Assembly: GCA_026985555.1 (NCBI GenBank)
Contig: JALSQF010000010.1
Span: forward strand, 161,163 to 225,162
DNA length: 64,000 bases
DNA from: Candidatus Moraniibacteriota bacterium
GTDB lineage: Bacteria > Patescibacteriota > Minisyncoccia > Moranbacterales > UBA9337
Direction of reading: 5' to 3'
The notes beneath the pieces were generated by a model. The model had not been told where the DNA came from. It worked only from the letters and a program-made list of their open reading frames with translations, and ran no database searches. The position numbers and the translations under genes are program-made. This document shows, one piece after another, positions 20,449 through 28,450 of this stretch (positions are counted from its first letter, which is position 1; every line of letters begins with the position of its first letter).

Positions 20449-20503
20449 ATTAATTTTCAATTTTATTCATAAATAATAAATCAAAGATAAAATTCATATT
20501 TAT

Positions 20504-20575
20504 TGCCCGGTGGCCAAGTGGTAAGGCACTAGGTTTTGGTCCTAGCATTCGGGGGTTCGAATCCCTCCCGGGCAA
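20504..20575 (+). tRNA. tRNA-Gln(UUG)
   Basis: Cloverleaf; anticodon arm CTAGG-TT-TTG-GT-CCTAG; GTTCGAATCC. Confidence 0.95.
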
Positions 20576-20762
20576 CTGTCGTATCACAAAAAATTACTTT
20601 TTATTTTTAAACCAGCTATAAATTTAATCTTTTAATCTTTAATAATCTTTTTAATCAAAAAGTGAAAAAAAATAATATTTTTTCATTTATTTTAAAAAAC
20701 ATTTTTTTGAATAAATCAAATAAAACATATTAACTATCAATACGCTAAAATTAAGATGGTTT

Positions 20763-21176
20763 TTATTTCATTTTTAAAAATTTATTGTTATTATTTAATG
20801 CTTTAGCTAACTTAAAAATTTTATCACGCTTTTGAGCTTCTTTACCTAAACATAAAGGACATAATGCTTTTAAATCCTCTACAGTTCCGTTCCAGTCTGC
20901 TTTTCTAAAAGGATGAATTGCAATTTTACTACCACCAGTTTTTAATTCTAGTCCGCAATTTTCACATTTTTTTTCATTTCCTTTTATTTTCCAAAATTTT
21001 TTCTTAACTACCTTTGATAATTTTGGCCTTCTTTGATTTGCTTCCGTTTTAGAAACTTTCAAAATCGTTTTTTGACATTCAATGCAAATATTTTTTTCAC
21101 TGGATTTTCCGCAAACTTCACATTTATTTTTATTATTTTCTTTTTCCACATTTATTCTTTCAGGTTCAGAAAACAT
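20763..21176 (-). CDS. Zn-finger protein with a degenerate HNH-like domain
   Basis: Four CxxC pairs; CENCG...IAIHPF...DLKALCPLC. Confidence 0.55.
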   Translation of the reverse strand: MFSEPERINVEKENNKNKCEVCGKSSEKNICIECQKTILKVSKTEANQRRPKLSKVVKKKFWKIKGNEKKCENCGLELKTGGSKIAIHPFRKADWNGTVEDLKALCPLCLGKEAQKRDKIFKLAKALNNNNKFLKMK

Positions 21177-21196
21177 TTATTTTAATTTAAATTAAA

Positions 21197-21610
21197 TTAA
21201 TTATGCATATCTAAATGACATTTCTTGCAAACAACTAAAGCATTCTTTTTATCATCATCTCCTCCATACATTTTCGGAATAATATGATGTAATTCTATGG
21301 GGTTCTGATGTCTAGAACCAGAAGCCATTTCTCCTTGGCCACAAGCTAAGCATCCACCTGTTTTTTTGATTAATTTCTTTTTTAATTTTTTCGGAAATTT
21401 TATTGATTTTAAATCTTCAATTTTACGTTTTTCACCTATTTGGTTTAAAATTTCTATAATTTCTCTAGCTTTTTGAATAACCGTTTCTTTTCTATTTTCC
21501 TCAAAAACATATTCTTTTTTCTGTAAGGTTGTCAAAAATTCTATATTATTATTTAGCTTTTTCTCTAGTTTTTCATTAGAATCATTTTTAAATACTTCTC
21601 TTTCATTCAT
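21197..21610 (-). CDS. HNH endonuclease
   Basis: CLACG...ELHHIIPKMYGGDDDKKNALVVCKKCHLDMH. Confidence 0.85.
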   Translation of the reverse strand: MNEREVFKNDSNEKLEKKLNNNIEFLTTLQKKEYVFEENRKETVIQKAREIIEILNQIGEKRKIEDLKSIKFPKKLKKKLIKKTGGCLACGQGEMASGSRHQNPIELHHIIPKMYGGDDDKKNALVVCKKCHLDMHN

Positions 21611-21916
21611 ATTAAATTAAATATTTTTCTTTACTTTAAAGATAATTAAATAACATTTTGTAATTATAATATAACATAATAACACTTTTTAAAATATCTT
21701 TAAATTTAAAAGTGAAAAAATAGCAAAAAATTAAATTCTATAAGTTTGAAAAAATAAAATAGATTAAATATTATTTTTTAAGAAATAAATTAAAGGAATC
21801 ACTCAATGTTTAATTACTATAAACAATTTAGATCAAAATTTCATAAAAGTTATTTAATTATAACTAACTAATCCGAAGCAAATAAACAAAAGAAAATGAA
21901 AAATTACAAGACAACA

Positions 21917-22474
21917 TTATTTTAAACTTCTTTTTATCCAATCTATTGCTTTCTTAACATAATATTCCTTATCATTCTCTAGCGGCTTTATAATTGCTTC
22001 AATTTCTTTTTTCCAATGTTTCTCTTTTTTAAAATTAATCAACAAAACGATTCCAAATCTTCTTTCCCATAAATTTTTTGATTTTACTAATTTTTTAGAT
22101 AACTCAAAAATTTCTTTTTGTTTTATTTTTGTTATTGGCCTAATTCCTTGAGTTGCTAATGTATCACATACAGCCCAATCTACGATATCTTTTACAAATT
22201 TCTTTACAAGTTTCAAAGTTACTTCTGGATCTTTCCTGCAAATTTTACCTAAGATTTTTACAGCTAAAATCCTTTCTTCTAAATAACCGCTTTTTCATAA
22301 TTCTTTAACCAACTCAAATTCACCAAAAGTATATTTAGAAACAACTTTATTAATTTCCGCTAAATACACACCATAAACTTTTTCTGAAGTAGGAACAAAC
22401 TTTCTCCAACTTTCTTTAGCTTTTTCATTTGAATTTTTTCTTAAAAAATTTCTAATTTCAGTTAATTGATTCAT
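21917..22474 (-). pseudogene. DNA alkylation repair protein (AlkD-like) with one in-frame TGA
   Basis: Reading frame from ATG 22474 has TGA at 22295-97 (EL*KSGYLEER); downstream DWAVCD, WERRFG, YYVKKAIDW. Confidence 0.8.
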
Positions 22475-22539
22475 TATGTAATTTAAAATTTAGAAAAAAT
22501 TTACATTTAATAAATTTACATACCACCAAACAATCATAC

Positions 22540-22917
22540 TTAACTTTTCATTATACAAACTCCACTTAAAGTTTTTATATTGTGATTTTTGCAAAAATTC
22601 AAAGCTTCGTTACTTTCGGATCCAGGTTGAAACCAAATTTTTTTTATTCCCAAATTATAACATTCTTTAGTTATCTCTAGAGCTACTTGAGGCGGAACAA
22701 CCACAGAAACAACGTCTGGTTTTTCTGGTAAAGAAATTAGGTCTTTATAACGTAAATATCCATTAACTAATCCTTCTTGTGGATGAACAGGATAAACCTT
22801 ATAACCTTTTTTAAGTAAATCAAAAAAAACTTTATAACCATATTTGTCTTTGTTTTTGCTTACTCCCACCACTGCAAAAATATTGCTTTTATTTAAAAAA
22901 TTTTTTTCAATATCCAT
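22540..22917 (-). CDS. CoA-binding protein (YccU-like)
   Basis: AVVGVSKNKDKYG, YPVHP, WFQPGSE, CIM. Confidence 0.9.
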   Translation of the reverse strand: MDIEKNFLNKSNIFAVVGVSKNKDKYGYKVFFDLLKKGYKVYPVHPQEGLVNGYLRYKDLISLPEKPDVVSVVVPPQVALEITKECYNLGIKKIWFQPGSESNEALNFCKNHNIKTLSGVCIMKS

Positions 22918-22958
22918 TATATTAATTTTATAATTATTTTTTTATATTTCAAATACAG

Positions 22959-22983
22959 AAAACAGAGTGAAACACTCTGTTTT
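22959..22983 (-). terminator. Hairpin terminator
   Basis: aaaacagagtg-aaa-cactctgtttt. Confidence 0.65.
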
Positions 22984-22992
22984 TTGTTACAA

Positions 22993-23184
22993 TTAATCCT
23001 CTTTTTGAGAATTGTCATTAAGATTTCTACCTAAACCTAATCCTCTTCCTAATCCTCGTCCCTGTCCTCTACCTCTTCCTAATCCTCGTCCCTGTCCCTG
23101 TCCTCTGCCTCCACCGCAACTTCCCATTCCTCTTCCTGTTCTTGGTCCTTCTCCACGAGGACCGGTTCCATCAAAATTTGGCAT
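22993..23184 (-). CDS. DUF5320-like Gly/Arg-rich small protein
   Basis: MPNFDGTGPRGEGPRTGRGMGSCG. Confidence 0.85.
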   Translation of the reverse strand: MPNFDGTGPRGEGPRTGRGMGSCGGGRGQGQGRGLGRGRGQGRGLGRGLGLGRNLNDNSQKED

Positions 23185-23459
23185 ATATTTGAAAATTTTT
23201 TAAATTATATAAAAATATAATTTAGAAAATATTAATTAATGTTTAAGATTTAATAATTATAAACTATTTTTCCAATTTTGTAAAGATACATAAGTTATAA
23301 TTGTGTATAAAAATAACACTATCTATAAACAAAAAAATAATTTTTGAAAATCAAATTTTTAAAATTAATTTTGACAATATAAATTTAAATTTTTAAATTT
23401 AAAAGATTAATTCTAGACTATCTAAAAAAAGACTGTTAAAATAAAGTTAATAAAAAAAT

Positions 23460-23906
23460 ATGCCTATTTTAGCTATCAACAAAAGAGCTTCTTTTGACTA
23501 TAAAATATTAGAAAAATATGAAGCTGGTTTGGTATTAACTGGACCAGAAGTTAAATCTATTAAAACTGGTCATATTAGTTTAAAAGAAAGTTTTGTAACC
23601 TTAAAAAAAAATGAACTATATTTAACCAATGCTTATATCGCTCCTTATAAATTTTCTGGTAAAATTAATAATTATGAACCAACTCAACCTCGTAAATTAC
23701 TTTTAAAAAAAAATGAAATAAAAACTTTGATTGGAAAAGTCAAAACTAAAGGCTTGACATTAGTTCCTCTTCGTGTTTATACTAAGAAAAGGCTAATTAA
23801 ATTGGAGTTTGCTGTTGCTCAAGGAAAAAAGGAATATGATAAACGTGAAAACATTAAAAAGAAAGAATCTCAACGAAAGAAAAATAGAATTCTAAAAAGA
23901 TATTAG
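23460..23906 (+). CDS. smpB: SsrA-binding protein
   Basis: NKRASFDY, EAGLVLTGPEVKS, RKLLL, GKKEYDKR. Confidence 0.97.
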   Translation: MPILAINKRASFDYKILEKYEAGLVLTGPEVKSIKTGHISLKESFVTLKKNELYLTNAYIAPYKFSGKINNYEPTQPRKLLLKKNEIKTLIGKVKTKGLTLVPLRVYTKKRLIKLEFAVAQGKKEYDKRENIKKKESQRKKNRILKRY

Positions 23907-23921
23907 CCTAGATGAAACAAA

Positions 23922-24325
23922 GGGGCTGTATAGCTTCGACAGGTTGTTTTTTAAAAATTAGCAAGCCGACAAATAGCTTTTTAAGTCGTTAAATTCAAAA
24001 AGCAAGATAAAATAAGTGCAAACTTTTTATCAAAAGCAAAAGCAACTATAGCTCGTGCTTTTAGTCCTGCTTTTGCTACTGCTAACGCCTAAATTGCGAT
24101 AGCCATCGTAACTACAGATAATCTAGTAAGTAGTTAACGGTGTCAACTCACTAGATTAGCTAATAATTTTTTGTTTCTTGAATTATTAGTGAAAGCTTAA
24201 AGAAACTAGCTTTAAAAAATTTTGTTAATTTTTTAATTTTTAAAGCGAAAAGTTAAAATTAACTAAGCTTGTAGAAAATTTTTAAAATTCAATTCTGGAC
24301 GTGGGTGCAATTCCCACCAGCTCCA
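23922..24325 (+). ncRNA. ssrA: tmRNA
   Basis: GGGGCTG/CAGCTCC-A acceptor stem with G3:U70, TTCGAC, T-arm GTGGG-TGCAATT-CCCAC; tag ORF 24018-24092; follows smpB. Confidence 0.95.
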
Positions 24326-24365
24326 CACTATTATTTATTCTAAAATTTTTATATTTCTAAAATAT

Positions 24366-24902
24366 ATGAGAAGAAGATATAGACCTAAACCAAAGAAAAA
24401 AGTAGTTATCCGCTATAAAGTTAATGAACAAATTAAGGCCCCACGTGTTTTAGTTGTTGCTGATAAAGAAAAAATTGGGGAAATGAATACTACTGAAGCA
24501 ATCGCATTAGCTCAAGAAAAAGGTTTAGATTTAGTGGAAGTTTCACCTCGTTCCAATCCACCTGTTTGTAAAATTATTGATTATGGAAAATTTCAATACT
24601 TACAAACAAAACAACAAAATCGTAACTCTAAACAAAAAAAGATAGAAACAAAGGGAATACGTCTCGGATTAAGAACAGGGGAGCATGATTTTAATTTTAA
24701 ATTAAAACAAGCAGAAAAATTTTTACTTAAGGGACACAAGGTAAAAATAGAATTACGTTTAAAAGGAAGAGAACGCGCTCATCAAGACCTAGCCAAAGAA
24801 AACTTAAAACAATTCATTGACAAAATTGAAATTCCTACTAAAGTAGAAGAGGAAATAAAAAAATTTCCAGGAGGTTTTAATATTATAATTTCAGCTAATT
24901 AA
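24366..24902 (+). CDS. infC: Translation initiation factor IF-3
   Basis: NEQI, LDLVEV, PPVCKIIDYGKF, GRERAH. Confidence 0.96.
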   Translation: MRRRYRPKPKKKVVIRYKVNEQIKAPRVLVVADKEKIGEMNTTEAIALAQEKGLDLVEVSPRSNPPVCKIIDYGKFQYLQTKQQNRNSKQKKIETKGIRLGLRTGEHDFNFKLKQAEKFLLKGHKVKIELRLKGRERAHQDLAKENLKQFIDKIEIPTKVEEEIKKFPGGFNIIISAN

Positions 24903-24929
24903 ATTATATTTTTTTATTATTTCAATTAT

Positions 24930-25121
24930 ATGCCTAAACAAAAAACTAAGAAAGCTTTAATTAAAAAAATTCGCGTTACCAAAAGCAAGAAAGTCTTACG
25001 TCGCTATACTAAGCAAAACCATTATAATAGTAAACAAACTGGCAATCTTAAACGTAAAAAAAGAAAAGATGTTAGACTTTTTAAGGGTGATGAAAAAAAT
25101 GTTTTGAAGGCCACTGCTTAA
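24930..25121 (+). CDS. rpmI: 50S ribosomal protein L35
   Basis: MPKQKTKKA; between infC and rplT. Confidence 0.9.
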   Translation: MPKQKTKKALIKKIRVTKSKKVLRRYTKQNHYNSKQTGNLKRKKRKDVRLFKGDEKNVLKATA

Positions 25122-25163
25122 TTTATCCTAATTTAATTAAAATAAATCTATAAATTTAAATAT

Positions 25164-25511
25164 ATGTCTAGAGTTAAAAGAGGAACCATTGCTTCTAAAA
25201 GAAGAAAAAAAGTTATTAAAGCTGCTAAAGGATATAAATGGAGAAGAAAGTCCCATTATAGAGCAGCCAAAGAAGCACTTTTAAAAGCTGGTAAATATGC
25301 CTATAGAGATCGTCGTACCAAAAAAAGAGTAATGCGTCGTTTATGGATTAAGCGATTGAATAACGCAGTACGTCAATTTGATATACGCTACAGTGAACTA
25401 ATTAAGTTACAAAAGGAGAAAAAGAATGAAATTGATCGTAAAATTCTTTCTCAATTAGCCATAGAAAATCCTCAAATATTTGCTAAAATTATTGAGGAAT
25501 TAAAAAAATAA
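25164..25511 (+). CDS. rplT: 50S ribosomal protein L20
   Basis: MSRVKRG, YAYRDRR, RRLWI, IDRKILSQLA. Confidence 0.97.
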   Translation: MSRVKRGTIASKRRKKVIKAAKGYKWRRKSHYRAAKEALLKAGKYAYRDRRTKKRVMRRLWIKRLNNAVRQFDIRYSELIKLQKEKKNEIDRKILSQLAIENPQIFAKIIEELKK

Positions 25512-25738
25512 TTTTTGTCAACTTTTTTAAAACTAATCTACAAAGTATTAAAAAATTCTTTAATGCTTTGTATTGTTATTTCAAAAAAATATTTTTTCAA
25601 TTATATATTATGTCTAATCTAAAAAAGAATGAAATAAAAAAAATGATAAATTATTTTAGAATTAATTTATTAGAATCAATTTCCTCATATGATACTTAGA
25701 AATATGTTCAAAAAAGAAAACTTAAGAGTGGAAGAGGT

Positions 25739-26722
25739 GTGTCTTTAGATGTTTTCGTTGATAAACATATAGGAGCGTTAAAAACCATTAAATATTTATT
25801 GAAACATGGTGTTAGTGTTTATCTAAAAGATACAAGAAATGTATGGACAAAAACAGAAGCAAAGTATATGCCATTTGAGAAAAATAAAAAAATAATACTT
25901 GATAAATTGAATAAAATAGTGTATAATAGAGATGAATTAATAAAGAAATTAAAAAATGTCAAACTCAGCAAAAAAACAAGAAGAAAAGTTTTGGCAGAGC
26001 TTGAGAATAAGCGACGAAGAATACGAAAAAAGAGTAGAGGAATTAAACAAACTGGAAAGAACTCCAGAAGCGGAAAAAGCCAATCTCAAGTGGCTTCGGG
26101 ACGCGGAGCAAATCAAGGATTAAAGAAGAGTAAAAAAAGTATTACTTCAGAAAGAGCCACTGAAGAAAGTGGTTTTATTGTTGGCAAAAAAATTAAATGG
26201 ACTGAAAAGGAAGATAAAGATGTTGAAAAATACATCAGAGAAACAAGAGGAATAAATAAGGCTAGGAAAACAGACGAGGAAATAGCAGGGAAGAAATTAA
26301 CAGAAAGACAATTAGAAAAAATAAAAGGATTGAATAAAAGGATTTTTGGTGATGAAAATATAAAAATCACAAAGCAAATACTTACTCCGGAAGGACAAAA
26401 AGCTTTAGGTGTTTATTCTGATGGAATGATTAAAATATTAGATGGACAGGCTGATCCAAAAGACACTTATTATCACGAAGTGGTTCATAAGTTTATAGAT
26501 GTAATGACCACAATGGATGAACATAAAGAAGTTTTGATTTCTGCGAAAAGACATTTTAAAGTTAAAACATTTGAAGAAGCAGAAGAAAGGTTGGCTGAAT
26601 CGTTTATTAATTACGCTAAAACAAGAGAAGGAATTTCAGGTAAATTAAAACTTATTTTTGATAAGTTTTTGAGGAGATTCAAAAGATATAGTGAAAATAA
26701 AAAGATAATAGAAAAATCTTAA
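25739..26722 (+). CDS. Fragment of a phage/MGE large polyvalent protein with a zincin-like metallopeptidase motif
   Basis: ALGVYSDGMI...YYHEVVH...EERLAESF; purine-rich composition; no clear start. Confidence 0.6.
   Translation: MSLDVFVDKHIGALKTIKYLLKHGVSVYLKDTRNVWTKTEAKYMPFEKNKKIILDKLNKIVYNRDELIKKLKNVKLSKKTRRKVLAELENKRRRIRKKSRGIKQTGKNSRSGKSQSQVASGRGANQGLKKSKKSITSERATEESGFIVGKKIKWTEKEDKDVEKYIRETRGINKARKTDEEIAGKKLTERQLEKIKGLNKRIFGDENIKITKQILTPEGQKALGVYSDGMIKILDGQADPKDTYYHEVVHKFIDVMTTMDEHKEVLISAKRHFKVKTFEEAEERLAESFINYAKTREGISGKLKLIFDKFLRRFKRYSENKKIIEKS
25956..26123 (+). CDS. Nested 55-aa ORF in the +1 frame with its own promoter
   Basis: TTGATA (25899-904), 17-nt spacer, TATAAT (25922-27), then MSNSAKKQEEKFWQSLRISDEEYEKRVEELNKLERTPEAEKANLKWLRDAEQIKD*. 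Confidence 0.55.
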   Translation: MSNSAKKQEEKFWQSLRISDEEYEKRVEELNKLERTPEAEKANLKWLRDAEQIKD

Positions 26723-27116
26723 GAAAATCAGAAATGAAATTTTTGCTCATAAAAACATTAACACTTCCAATAAAAAATTTAAATTATTTCCTTCTGATAA
26801 AATAGATAGTTTTATAAGTAGTCTTATTGATTTTTATAATAAACTTAGCTATGAAACAGATCAATCAAATACTAATTTTATGTATACAGAAAAAATATTA
26901 CAAGATATAGAATTATTATTTATAAATCTTGACTTGAAGAATGCAAACAAAAAGATAAATTTGAAACTAATTTAAAACTTAAATTTCAAAAAGATAAAAA
27001 AGCTTCTAGCATATTAAAGACTTTTAAATAATCTTTTGTAGTTTGTAATAATACTTATTTAATACTGTAATTTATTGACTACTTTTTTAGTTTTTGTTAA
27101 TATAGCAATTAGTTTT

Positions 27117-27194
27117 GCCCTCTTAGCTCAGTTGGATTAGAGCGTCTGGCTTCGGACCAGAAGGTCGCAGGTTCAAGTCCTGCAGAGGGTACCA
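27117..27194 (+). tRNA. tRNA-Arg(UCG)
   Basis: TCTGG-CT-TCG-GA-CCAGA; encoded CCA. Confidence 0.95.
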
Positions 27195-27239
27195 AAGATA
27201 TATTTTAATATATCTTATAAAAAATTATAAATAAAATAT

Positions 27240-27314
27240 GGCGGCTATAGTTCAGTGGTAGAACACCGGTTTGTGGCACCGGGTATGAGGGTTCGATTCC
27301 CTCTAGTCGCCCCA
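27240..27314 (+). tRNA. tRNA-His(GUG)
   Basis: G-1 and C73; CCGGT-TT-GTG-GC-ACCGG. Confidence 0.95.
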
Positions 27315-27315
27315 G

Positions 27316-27387
27316 GCCCCTGTAGTTCAATGGATAGAACACCGGCCTTCTAAGCCGGATATCTAGGTTCGATTCCTAGCAGGGGTA
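27316..27387 (+). tRNA. tRNA-Arg(UCU)
   Basis: CCGGC-CT-TCT-AA-GCCGG. Confidence 0.95.
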
Positions 27388-27459
27388 CTACTTATTTCCT
27401 ATTAAAATTTTAAACAAAAATAATTTGATATTTTACTAGTTTATATATTTAAATATAGT

Positions 27460-27918
27460 TTATCTTTTCTTTTTTTTAATACAACTAGCTGGAACATAAC
27501 CTTTTTCTTGAGCTTCTTTAATACTAGAAAAACAAATGCGATTTTCTGGTTTAATTTTTTTAGCCCAACGACAAAAAGAATAATGATACTTATTAGAATT
27601 TTTGCTACCTACAAAAACACATTTTTTATTATTTTCTAAACTATTATTTTTTATTTCTTGATTAAGCTGATTTAAATTATTTTTTGTTTTGTTTTCATTT
27701 TCCAAAAAAATTTTTTTATCTGAATTATCATTATTTTTTATTATTTTTTCTTTTTCAATTACTAATGGTTTAGATTGCCACTTTTGACCTTGTAGAACTC
27801 CCCACTCAAAAGAAAATCCAGCAATAAGAATGGTAGCTAATAAAACAACTAATTTACTTTCATTTTTTATAAAAAATTTTTTTAGAAAATAAAAAAACCT
27901 AATGGGATACTTAAACAT
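27460..27918 (-). CDS. Membrane-anchored protein with an Ada-like metal-binding domain
   Basis: TM, then GSKNSNKYHYSFC...FSSIKEAQEKGYVPASC. Confidence 0.75.
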   Translation of the reverse strand: MFKYPIRFFYFLKKFFIKNESKLVVLLATILIAGFSFEWGVLQGQKWQSKPLVIEKEKIIKNNDNSDKKIFLENENKTKNNLNQLNQEIKNNSLENNKKCVFVGSKNSNKYHYSFCRWAKKIKPENRICFSSIKEAQEKGYVPASCIKKKKR

Positions 27919-28041
27919 TTTAATTTTATCAATATTGACTTATTTCTCTTTTCTGTTATACTTTCACTTATAAACCATAATAAATAATTTAGCAATATTA
28001 AAAGTTATTTTTATTAACTTTTAATGTTTTGTTTTTCACAT

Positions 28042-28323
28042 ATGGCACATCGTAAAGCAGGAGGGTCTACTCAACTAGGACGCGATTCCATTTCAAAACG
28101 TTTAGGCGTAAAAATTTTTGGTTCAGAAAAAGCTAAAGCAGGAAATATTATCGTTCGTCAACGAGGAACAAAATTTCACGCTGGAAAAAATGTTAAACAA
28201 GGAGCAGATGACACTCTTTATGCTCTTAAAAATGGAATTGTAAAATTTAGTTTTCGTAAAGTAAAAGCTTTTACTGGAAAAATTGTAAAAAGAAGATTTG
28301 TTAGCGTGGAAGAAACAAAATAA
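28042..28323 (+). CDS. rpmA: 50S ribosomal protein L27
   Basis: [27 protein letters not shown]; likely true start at 28042. Confidence 0.97.
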   Translation: MAHRKAGGSTQLGRDSISKRLGVKIFGSEKAKAGNIIVRQRGTKFHAGKNVKQGADDTLYALKNGIVKFSFRKVKAFTGKIVKRRFVSVEETK

Positions 28324-28367
28324 ATAAATAAATAAATATAATTCTTATCTTTTCATACAATTAAACA

Positions 28368-28405
28368 TTATAAATAAAGCAGGTAATAACCTGCTTTATT
28401 TATAA
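28368..28405. terminator. Bidirectional terminator between rpmA and pyrG
   Basis: ttataaataaagcaggt...acctgctttatttataa. Confidence 0.8.
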
Positions 28406-28450
28406 GTTATAAACTATTTTTTAAAATTTTTTATTTTAAAAAATTTTTAC

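Larger units (their letters stand above)
25610..26975 (+). pseudogene. Broken HEPN-like (AbiU2-type) gene interrupted by foreign DNA
   Basis: N-part MSNLKKNE...SYDT*KY (TAG 25697-99); C-part from 26712 in another frame, KNLKKIRNEIFAHKN (R-x5-H). Confidence 0.45.

Noticed and set aside
23012..23203. Pro-rich plus-strand ORF with 24-bp repeats
   Set aside because: Reverse complement of the Gly/Arg-rich DUF5320-like gene.
28024..28041. N-terminal extension on L27 (Prp-cleaved type)
   Set aside because: An in-frame ATG directly precedes AHRKAGG, and the extension lacks the LQxF motif.
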